Below, piece after piece: positions 53,505-64,000 of a stretch of 64,000 bases of DNA. Below the pieces are notes generated by a model. The model did no database searches and was not told where the DNA came from. It worked only from the letters and a program-made list of their open reading frames with translations. The position numbers were made by a program, and so were the translations under genes. Source of the DNA: Paramecium tetraurelia (Eukaryota). Position 1 is the stretch's first letter; each line of letters opens with the position of its first letter. The stretch lies in the NCBI GenBank assembly GCA_000165425.1, contig CT868051.1:1-64000 (forward strand), read 5' to 3'.

Positions 53505-54780
53505 ATGCAAGAGCCAATGCTTAAATGTTTGCATGAGAATCATTACTTCAAATAAATAATTGGTGTTTGTGTTAATTCAAATTGCCAAAAAATCAGACCA
53601 TATTGTCAGTAATGTCTAAAATGCTATCTGCATTCAGAACATCTCCATGATCTTCAAGATTTTACAGACTTTTACGATTATGTGCAAGAAGGCTTGAATA
53701 CCTACAATAAAATGCAAAACCTAGCAGAGGAATTACAATCCATAGCCAAACTGATTACCATCATTATAAATTAATTAACTTTCAACCCAAAGATCAATCT
53801 TAAAGATATGTCCATAATCGCAATTAACAATCTGATAAATAAAATCATAAAGGTGAAGGAAGTGGAGAAAACCCTCAAAAACAATTTAGAATTGGCAGTG
53901 ATACCACTGCAAAAAATCAAATAGGACTTTAAGGAATTATTACAGAAAAATAGTATGATATTTATGAGTATTTCGCAGGTGAGCAATAATTGATCAGAGA
54001 GGAGGAGCCTCTGAAGAAGACTGCAGTGAAGTCTAAGAAGCAGAAGAAGGCAGGGAAGGAATCCTCAAAAGGGTTATAAGGTAAGAGATGAGATGATTAA
54101 ATTTAGTGGTTTAAAATTAAAAATAGACAAAATTGGAGGAATTTAAACATCAAGTTGTTTGTATTAAACCTAGTAAATTGAAGGATGAAAAGAAGTAATA
54201 ATAACAATAATAGATTATCCACAATCAAGGGAAATATCAATTCTCAAATATTTACAAAAATAGAGCTATTAATGTCATTTAGCCAGAGAATTCAGCTGAG
54301 GGTTTTGGATTTTGTGTATGTGATTAGGCAATTTCTAAAAGTGGAACCACTATCATCGCATTTCGAATAGTAAAGTGCGATTGGAGAATTCACATCGGAG
54401 TGTGTTATAGGGACATGCTGATCGAATCAAAATATGATCCCAATTTGGCAAATGTTGGTCATGGGTATGTTGTAACAATCAATATGCTAAAGCACTTATC
54501 TGATCAATAATTAGGGAGATGTCTTCTCAACGATCGAGACTGAAATGAATGACAAATCGCTATCATTTAAGTTTTACAATAAAAACATCATTACAATAGA
54601 GATTGATTTTGTATAGTCGCAAATAACTTGGATCAAAAAACAACCCAAGGAAACCTTTGTATGAATATTTGTTATAACAATAAGACTCTTAAATTTGACA
54701 CTCAGAAGGAACTCTACCCGTGTGTCAAACTCTGGGGCTCTTCCAAAGTAGAATTACTCAATCCAATAATTCTGCAATGA
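53505..54780 (+). CDS. B-box-like Zn finger / coiled-coil / SPRY protein
   Basis: CLHENH..GVCVNSNCQKIRPYCQQCLKCYLHSEHLHDL; C-terminal IHIGVCYR, ITIEIDF, ELYPCVKL (SPRY). Confidence 0.8.
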
Positions 54781-54839
54781 ATAATATTAAATTTACTAAC
54801 TGGAATAATCATTACCAGCTAAACTGTACATTCATTAAT

Positions 54840-56066
54840 TCAGATCATAGAATAAAATTCATTCATTGATCCCTCCAACTCTCTTTCCCACAAAGAGTTA
54901 TTGTCATCTTATAAAAACTTACCATGTCTCGAATGGTATAAAGCGAGTCCTAAACACTCTGCCAATTTTGGAATGGCATCTTATTTAACTCCTTTATAAG
55001 TCAATGGAATCAAACTAAAATAATATTCAAAAAATCTCACTTGAAATCCAATCTAGACTCCCTAAAGTGTGCATAAATCTGAGATAATTCTAATTTTTTC
55101 GAATCTTCCTAACTCGCTTCTATACTAACACAAGTTCCTGAAGTCTCGATCAATGGGAATTCTAATTACATTCCCTTAAGATACCTTTCAATTTCAATTG
55201 CCTTTTCAATGCAGCACAATTGCCTTTCACCTATTTAAACAACGCTTGGTATTCAGCGTGTTAAATTTCTCCCAAACTCACAGCAATACCTGTAATAGTG
55301 TGGAAATGAGGGCCAGATTAATAACCAGGATAACATGCCTCATCAACCTCCTCAGAATACGCCTTGTCTGAAAATAGTAGGCAGCCTTTGGGACCCAACA
55401 AACTGAAATTCATCAATAGAATTACCTTTGAGTGTTTACTACGACAAATTGATACTGCTGTAACAATTTTGACTCCTCCTCCAGGAGATTAGTAACATAA
55501 AACGGAGCCTTTTCTGTCACATCCAAAAGAATAGGCGTACTTTATTTGTACTTCGACCTAAGGGTATCTAATTGCTCCAATTTAGAGTCAATAATCAAAT
55601 CAATTTCACCATCATAATTGTCATTCTTAATCACATTATAATACTTCTCAAGTGCCTTCGTGTCTGTATTCCCTCTAGTCAATATAGTGCCTCCAGGTTT
55701 AACTAAGGCTTTGCTCACAATAAACTTAGCAGTCGTAACACTTTGCAATTGGACATTCACATTAAAGTTGTGTAGATTAAATAGTTTTTGAGCTCTTTCC
55801 CAACAAGTTTATTCTATTTTATCGTAAATCTCAGTTCCAGGTTTGTTTTTCTTTCCAGGATATCCAGATGCATATTTGGTTGACATCATAGATCCTAGGG
55901 ATTATTGGACAGCCAAAGAAGTGGGAGTTTCTGTAAAATCAATGCATTTGTGATTGGATGCCTCTGAAATCAAATGAAAGATTTCTGGATCCTGTTGAGC
56001 CAATGGGAGATGATGATTTTTAGCAAAGCAATTGGAGATAAAATATCTTATAATTTTAGAATTCAT
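54840..56066 (-). CDS. Serine hydroxymethyltransferase-like protein, predicted catalytically inactive, possible mitochondrial presequence
   Basis: LAQQDPEIFHLI, SLAVQQSLGSMMSTKYASGYPGK, NVNVQ, NTQSLLGPKG, YPGYQSGPHFHTITGIAVSL, LTYKG; three short introns. Confidence 0.85.
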
Positions 56067-56110
56067 ATAAATAAAATTCAATGCAAAAATCAATTAATGA
56101 TAATATATAA

Positions 56111-57671
56111 TCAGCTTATGAATATAACTATTAAGGTAATATCATCAACTACTGAATCATCTTCCTATGTTAATCATATAATTGTTTACTAAAGTCCACA
56201 TCTTATACGATATCTGCATTAATTCATCGCAAGCACCCTCCAAATCCCCTTAAATGTAATGTTTGCCTACAATATCAACAACACTTTGATTATCAATGAA
56301 TTCCCAGACTCCATCACTCCCTAAAATAATGAACTTATCTTGAGGAGTCAATTGGTATTCAAAAATCTCTACAAATATAGAAAATACATTTAATTACCAG
56401 GAACACTAGACACACCTACTGATTGTGCAATCTAATCTCCAAGACTTCGACTCATAGCCAATCCTGGGTAATTTCCATCTCTAACCCAAACTCGAGCTGG
56501 TCCAATCGAATTACCTAATGGATTAATAAATGATACCTTGATCATCATAGTAGGTGTCTACTCTCCCGCCATGCATGTGGATCCTATTCATTTCTTTTTC
56601 AAGACAGGGTTTGTGATCGATTGATAGAGGGAATGGTTTGAATTTTTGATTGTTTCCCAATTTGCCAATGATTGCTCTACTGTCTCCGACATTGGAGCAG
56701 ATTAGATGTCCTCCATCTTGGATGATGATGGAATTCATGGTGGTGCCACTGAATTGAGTGTCAAATGGTTGTTAATTGATTAGGTTGGCTAGGAGGGAGA
56801 TAGATTTGACGATGGCTTGTCTGGGATGTTATTTTAATAGATGATCTCTTTTGAGTATTTTAGTGAAATGATCTCTAACATATTATGAAACAAAATGCCC
56901 ATTTTAGCCATGACCATCACACACAGAGAATAGATGCATGTCAGAGACGATGTTGGTTTCGCAAATGAAAGTGTCCTAATTAGTTTTATTGGGATTGGAT
57001 GCCAATTGACCTTGTCTTGTTCTGGTGCTGAAGGAGAGTTTGAATTGTAGGAAATCACGATTGTAATGCAAAGATTGAGCAGATCTATATTTGAGATCGC
57101 TCTTTGGTTCTGATCGCATGTTGTGAGTACTTGAACTCTAGGCTCTGCGCACTTATTGGTCGATGATGGAATTGTTGAGCTGTAAAAATATGAATATAGA
57201 TTCTGTTACAAAATTATGCCATAAATTTCTTTTATCCACATTGGTCTTCTACTTTTGATTGGCATATTGTTTGATCAGATTCTAAGTGGATTCCACTGCT
57301 GTCTATCTCTTCGGTTACAGTGATTCATAGGGTCTGGATATTTCTGCTGTTTAAGGAACTCAAAATACTTTTTTAAGAGTTCTTGGCATCAATGGTAGCA
57401 GATCTGGGCTATCTCAACTAAGAGAAATTGGTCTTGAGCTATTTGGCACTGGATTTCTGTGTCTGTTCAATGCGTAGATTCTTGATAAAGTAATTGTTGG
57501 TGATTTGGGAAAGGTTTTCCTTCCTCATGAAAATGCTAACAATGAGTACAATTTAGCAATGGTTTTAACATCACTATTCAAGTATGCTGCATATGACGTC
57601 TGTGATTTGCTACCTATCGCCTGTTTTGGTTTCTTTACATTTGCTTTGTAAATATCAACTGTTCTTTTCAT
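56111..57671 (-). CDS. Protein phosphatase 2C (PPM family)
   Basis: NQDTF, VCDGHG, SGTT, SNVGDSRA, DHKP, PGLAMSRSLGD, SDGVWEF, DDIT. Confidence 0.95.
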
Positions 57672-57681
57672 TAATTAATAA

Positions 57682-60600
57682 ATGAAATAAGAGGATTCTC
57701 AGTCACCCAGTCTTTGTGGGTACATCAACTTCTTTCAAGTCTTGGGAGATATGGAATCAGAGGGCCTAATCACGCAATAGGAGAAAAGGATCATCAAGCA
57801 GAAGATAACCGTCAAAGAACCCTCTCTCATGCTGCTATTGTCTCAATAGTAGGAGGAAACACAAATCAAATCCGAATTGCTCTCGTACTTGTCTTCTTTT
57901 CAGCTCACTCGTTCTAAGTCGCACACTCAGGAATTTGGTTCATCCAAAAAACAGGGACAACAATTACAAGTAAGACAGATACATATTTCACATAGACTCA
58001 AACCATCCAACTTATGGATCAACTGATCATCCAACTAAAATGCATGCAGCAATATGCCAATCAACAGGTAATTGTGTTTCGGCTATTAGTCCATTAGGCC
58101 ACCCAAGAATTCAACTCAAAAATTGAACAACTCAGAAATGTACTCAACTCATTGGATCAAGACGAAGACGTCGATTGCACCTTCATTGAACTACTCCAAT
58201 CGAATTATTCACTGATAAAGGTAATATTGCCGTTACACTTAGCAAAGGTATTCTCGTTACATGAATTCACTTCTTGAATTGATGGATGAGAAAGTCGAAC
58301 CCAAAGATATCCAAGCATTCCTCAACACCTTCCTCAATCAACTCATCGGGTGCGAATCCTACAGCTTCATCCTCCTCAAAGATCAGAAGGTTCAGATTCA
58401 TTACGAGGAGAAGTTTGAAGAGTTCCCCATCACCAAAGATGTCATAGACGAACTTGTTAATTTGCAACAAATAACTGAAGTCCACTCCCTCAACACACTC
58501 AAACACTACTACCAAACTCCCCATCATTACATACTCAAACTCACCGATTACCAGTATTTTGTTATGCAATTGGATCCAAACTTCAAGTCCTTTGTTACTT
58601 TATCCAACAAGTACAATTACACTGACTCCTTAATCGAATTGGCTCAATTTGTAATATACACCTCTCAACAGATCAAAGTCCAATACTTCAGCATATTGTC
58701 CATTGGAGACACAATACTGGAGTTTGGTCTGGAGATTGTGAGATGCTCCAAGTATTTACTCATCGAAAACATACTCCAAACCATCAATAAACAATACTAG
58801 ATCCACGAAATTGCTGAGAATCAACCCAACGTGGTCACCCTCAAATTTAAGGACTCCTCCTCCTCATTCCTCTTTGCCTCCAATCTAGATCTCAAGAAGC
58901 AGCAAGACTTGCTAGTTTACAACACTGTCAATCAAGTTTATCAACGATACCAATAGTTCATTAAATAGTGTTACGAAAGAATGCAATTCTACAAGTACTT
59001 CTTGAGATCCAAAAACCTATTCATGATTGATTTCGACAAGCAGGGTCGTCTGCGTTTTTTGAGCAGAGCTTTGTCACAAAAGATCAAAACTCAATTTCAC
59101 ATTGAGAAGATCCAAATCGATTCGACTTACAAATAGATATTCACATCCAATCAGCAGATGCTTCAAAGCATTGAAAACTACATCAGCAATGCAAAGTGGA
59201 AACTAACTTAGTAAGAGGAGGACTAGAATAAGCAATACGAAATATTCATAAGAAAGGAGGAGAAGCAATTTAAGGGATTCTCCTTAATCCTGTTAGAGAA
59301 CGAATGGGTTCGGAAGAAGACCCTGCCTCCTACGAATGGAAAGACTGTTAGGAAACAATTGCTATAGACAGAGACCATGGATTACATCAAAAAACTGGAA
59401 GAATTTAACCCTGACATCAGAAATTCTGTAGTTGCTATGTACATGCCTTAGACGTAGGAGTTCAATCAAACAGCGTTGCAATCTCAGAAGACCCCCACTT
59501 TGGTTTTCCGAAAGATTGATAAGGGATAGGTTGTGGGAAAGAATAGTTTCTTTTTTAAGCAACGAGAGGAGGAGAGGAGATTTATGAAAACAAATCCAAA
59601 TAAACTTAATGAGTGTCATTTGATTCTCAAGGAGGAGGACAATCAATTAGACTCTCTGGAGTTCAACATTCATTTAGTAATACATAACAATAATTTAGCT
59701 TAAATCTGCAATCGAGAAATAAAGAATAGTGTGGGCAATGCTGGAAAGAAACAATTTTAATTAGATCTTTGCATTGCCTCAAGAAAAGATGATAAACTTT
59801 TTGATTGAAATGGAAAATCAATACAATATGAATAACAACCCTTATCACAACTTTGATCATGGAGTTGCAGTCATGCAAGCAGTAAATTGCTTCATCAAAT
59901 AATTGTCAAAACAATTAGATCAATAATTTTTCAATAATATGACTAAGTTTTGCCTATTGTTGTCAGCCTTGTGTCATGATGTTGCTCACACGGGTAAGAC
60001 CAATGCATACGAAGCCAATTCGTTGAGTCAGTTGGCAATTCGCTACCATGACAAAGTGGTATATTGTATTTTGTTACCTATTTTATTAGATCCTGGAACA
60101 ACATCATGCCGCAACAACCATCAAAATCTTGAGAGATAGTTAGACGAATATTCTCTGCAACTTTTCTGATTAGGATTTCAGAACCTTTAGGAAGTAACTC
60201 ATTTCCAACATCTTGTCCACTGATATGCAAGAGCACTTCAAGATGCTGAAGGAATTCGAATCCAGAGTAGAATAATATGGCAATGATCCTGAGGATTTGT
60301 CTTTGTTATGTGGGATGGTCACCCATGCGGCTGATTTTAATGGCACTGCGAGGAAATGGCCGTAGAGTAGATTGTGGAGTGAGAAGATCAATTAAGAATA
60401 TCGGGCTTAGTATGCTGAGGAAGGGAAGTAAGGATATCCTTAGTAGCCGTTCATGAAGGATTTGGATAAGGTAAATTAGAGTATTTAATATCGAAGTTGC
60501 ATGTGATGTCTAAAAATGAAATTGGATTCATCAAAGTGATAGTGAGGCCATTGTATCATCAGTTGAACTTGTTTGGCAAAGGGGCATTTTAGGATTGTGT

Positions 60601-60688
60601 GGATAATTTGGACGAAACCATTTTTGAATGGGAGAAGGTATACTAGTAAGAGTTGAAGGCATTACAACAATAGCAATAGGGTAATTGA
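57682..60688 (+). CDS. Class I 3',5'-cyclic nucleotide phosphodiesterase with long N-terminal regulatory region
   Basis: NPYHNFDHGVAVMQ, ALCHDVAHTGKTNAYE, LAIRYHDK, LEQHH, ILSTDMQEH, HAADFN. Confidence 0.93.
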
Positions 60689-60739
60689 TGACTTATGATG
60701 ATATTTTTGTTACGCAAAAATAATTTATATTAAAATTAA

Positions 60740-61864
60740 ATGAATTTAGGCAAACCAGATCTCAAGTGGTACATTCAATAGAAGGCAGCTCAGAATGTGA
60801 AGGAGAGACTCTATGGCTATCCCACTCATTTGAATTAATTGCCTGTGCAAACTCAGATCAAGTTTAGCATTCCCACCGAATTCGTAGGATGCATCAATGA
60901 TCAAGATCAGAAGGATGTCATCAAGATACTCAAATTCACCCATCTCAAAGTATTCATTCTATTTCACTCTTTTTAGTGGTTAGCCAAAAACAATAGCTTC
61001 GCTTTGGGGTATAACAAGATCAATAATCAGAAGCGATAAGGACACTTGTCAATCTTTGATTTGAATGACTGGAAATTGTTTTACAAGAAATTTGCAAACG
61101 ACGAAGCAATGGTGGGGATCCTGAATCAAGAATATCTAAACAAGGTATTTGGAATTGGGAGTAATGGAGGGATCTACACGATTGAAAAAGGATAGGGAGG
61201 ACTTGAGTAGAGACCAGTATTGGAGACCAAAATCTTGCAAATTACGGAGGGATCCTTCTCTCCGAATCATCATAAAATTGCCTTTTCGAGTTAGGATAAG
61301 TTGATCTATCTGTATGATGTCTAATCGGAATCGAAAGAGACTCTCATGGGACATGGTAAGGAGGTGTACACGGTGCAATGGAATCCAGAAAACAGTTTGA
61401 TAATCAGTGGAGCAGATGATGAGACTATTCGTCTTTGGGATGCTTCGAGTAGAGATGAGATTCTGAATTTAAAAAGACACAATTTAGGAGTGAAAAAGGT
61501 TAGGTGGAATAGAAATGGGACATACTTTGCGACGACAGGAAAGGATAAGCAAACCTTGTTGTTTGATCTTAGGAAAATGGATATGGAAATATTTAAATTG
61601 CATCAGACTCAGGTTGACACCATCTTTTGGCATCCAAAATATTAAAATATATTTCTCACAGGCGATGCCAATGGTTCTATTTCATGTTATAACATCAACG
61701 CTCCAAATGAACCCATGTATGTGCAGCATGTACCTGAAACCATTGTGACTGATCTGGCTTTGGACTCAAGTGGGTCTATGATGAGTGTGATTAGAGCCAA
61801 ATAAGTACAGCCAGATTAAAAAATCAGTATGGCTGATTAAATATCTATTTATAAGACTGCATGA
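60740..61864 (+). CDS. WD40 protein, WDR33/Pfs2-like 3'-end processing factor
   Basis: LMGHGKEVYTVQWNPENSLIISGADD, VRWNRNGTYFATTGKD, LFDLRKM, FWHPKYQNIFLTGDANGSI; repeat order resembles WDR33/Pfs2. Confidence 0.75.
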
Positions 61865-61920
61865 TTTATTTATATATCTTAATATACATTATATACTATA
61901 AACAATATTTAAATAATTAT

Positions 61921-62232
61921 ATGAGTAATAATATCGAGAGAAGCTTTTCTGTGAAGAATCGGAATTTTCATCCAGAAGAAACTACTCAAAGCACTGGCAA
62001 AGTCAAAGTCACTAGACACTTTACTAATCAAGTTTATTAAGCACAAAACTCGGATCAAAAACCTACTAAAGATGTTGAGAAGGTGAATGAACTAATCAAA
62101 TTGAGTGAATAGATCAAGAAGGAATTGTTGAAGGTCAAGTTTTGTACACTCTGCAAGAGAAAGTTTCAAAGTATCAAATACTTAATTGAGCATGAAGAGA
62201 ATTCAGATGTACACAAAAAGATTAAATAATGA
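61921..62232 (+). CDS. Small C2H2 zinc-finger protein (RBM5/10-type finger)
   Basis: CTLCKRKFQSIKYLIEHEENSDVHK; 103 aa, intronless. Confidence 0.8.
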
Positions 62233-62253
62233 TATTTATTAAAATTTAACGTA

Positions 62254-63045
62254 ATGCTTGATGAATTAGAATTATTGGTTGAAAAAGAATTAGCTAAGTT
62301 AAATTCCCTTAACGGAAAAGACAAGGTCCCCTAGGTTGTTCAACAACCATTGATGTAGAACAAGGATAAAGTCAATCTCATCATCTCCATTGACAATAAA
62401 CCAAAAGATATTAAACATCCATCAACTGAGCAATGTTCATTCAGACCCATGTTATCGAGGAAGTCCCTGAGGATTGCTGAAAAATTGGGGGATGCCAAGG
62501 AAAGACTTACTAAGCCTAGATCAGTCACGCCTGAAATCAAGGAATAATCTTAGTCGCAAACAAGGAAACGAACTGTCTCTGGAGTTGCACCAAGATGGGA
62601 ATAGTTATACACTTTAGATCAATTTTATAAGACAAAGAAGGAAGCATTGAAATTGTAAATAGAAATGGATAGATCAAAAGATAATGAGACAACCTTCTAG
62701 CCAGATCTTTCAAAGAGTTAAACTAAGTATTGTGATTTTACCATGCCTTTTGAATAGAGAAATCGATATTGGGAAACTAAGAAATAAGAAAAACTTATTT
62801 AATATTAGAAGGATGTACAAAATGAAAGTCAAACGGTATGCACCTTTAAACCTCAAGTAAATAAAAAAATAGCACAAAAAAGTGTCAAAGTATCAGAATT
62901 CAATAAAAAAGGACTCATCACCTACTTCGAAAGAGTCTAACAAGCCAATAAGAAGAAAGAAGAACCCAAAAAATCCTCAAAATGGAAACCTGGAGTTACA
63001 ATACCACAAGAATTCAAATTAAGTCATACCAATAGATAAATATGA
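62254..63045 (+). CDS. Hypothetical protein with CxFxP repeats, possibly cytoskeletal
   Basis: CSFRPMLS, TTFQPDLS, CTFKPQVN and terminal TIPQEFKL; single frame. Confidence 0.7.
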
Positions 63046-63166
63046 TTTTCAATCAAATTACTTAATCCCATTAAGCTAATTATTAATATATACTTATACA
63101 TACTCCATCCTTCTCCATACATTAATAAATATTGAAATATAATAATAAAAATTGGCTGTTAGTTTC

Positions 63167-64000
63167 ATGCAATAATTTCAAATATTCAAAACAAAACAAA
63201 TAGGTATTCAATATCAATACTTACAATTAGCAAGTCCTAGTTAATAATAATAATAATACTAAGTACGCTCTCCCTTTCAGAATATGGAAAACAAAGGTTT
63301 TATTTAAAAGTCTTCAAATGACCAAGAAATGATCAGTAAACCTGTATAGTCCACAAAACAATTAACATAAACACCAAGTGCCTCTGAATACAAAATTTAA
63401 TTCAAAGTAGGCGGAGCAAAACAATAATACGATGAACCTAATACTATGATTTCTTAAGCTATACCCTTTGTTCCTATGAGTCCGTAATAACATCGTGAAA
63501 ATGCCTCAATCTTCTAATCTCCTTAAAATAAAATCTAGTATCAATAGCAATAATTGCAATTTTAATCTCCCAATCGAGATTAATACCAAACAAACTTATT
63601 TTACTCATCAAATCAACCATTCATTTAATAATCTATTTCTCAACCTTATTAAAATAATTAGAACTCACAAAAAGTAGTAAATTACACCAATACCATTGCT
63701 CTTCAAGAAGAGTTGAAAGCTTTATAACTGCAAAACACTTCTATGACTTAAGAAATTCAAAAATTAGAATCACAAGCATTTAGAGGCCAATCAGCTCAAT
63801 TCATTAAGGAATTGGAGGATAAGATAAAAATGTTATCATAAATGAATAAAAAGTTATCAATCGATAATCGTGAATTAATAAATGTGCCTGATGCGTAAGT
63901 CTTGAGAGATCTAATTTTAAAGTATTAAAATGACAGAAAAATAGCTTATAATTAGCTATCTGAAATGAAGACTGAAATTTAAAACTATAGAATGAAGTAA
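63167..64000 (+). CDS. Q-rich/coiled-coil protein, truncated by the window edge
   Basis: TGA-free frame from ATG 63167 running to the end of the window. Confidence 0.65.

Noticed and set aside
1..64000. tRNA, rRNA, transposase or prokaryotic operon/defence systems
   Set aside because: None recognised by eye. alkB and psuG carry ciliate codons and introns, so they are not bacterial contamination.

Overview
AT-rich, gene-dense ciliate nuclear DNA, most likely a Paramecium macronuclear scaffold (species not determinable here). TAA/TAG encode Gln, TGA is the only stop, and GT-AG introns are about 20-31 nt, so the supplied standard-code ORF track is fragmented and often in the wrong frame. I re-read the genes by hand in the ciliate code. 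The left ~15 kb is gene-poor with three 150-N gaps. It holds a ~3,100-aa Cys-rich multi-pass membrane protein gene with GGA(I/F/V) repeats, a decayed Cys-rich pseudogene and a short telomere-like tract. The remaining ~49 kb has about 30 tightly packed genes: a TPR protein, two scramblases, Yip1, Alba, arrestin-like, AlkB-type alkane monooxygenase, a degenerate aspartic protease, H-type lectin, trichocyst-matrix-like protein, PsuG, a Nup98-autoprotease-like protein, CK1, Rab21, a TRF4-like nucleotidyltransferase, TORTIFOLIA1-like, a GAF protein, FKBP-TPR, MORN, B-box/SPRY, SHMT-like, PP2C, a PDE, WDR33-like and hypotheticals. Most notable are a TPR gene built as one repeat per exon with 12 phase-1 introns, an intron-containing bacterial-type AlkB, an SHMT homologue lacking its PLP lysine, a Nup98-type domain without the HF(S) motif or FG repeats, divergent gene pairs with only 9-17 bp between start codons, and a convergent CDS overlap. 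Family calls come from motifs recognised by eye; no searches were run, and exon boundaries are manual predictions.
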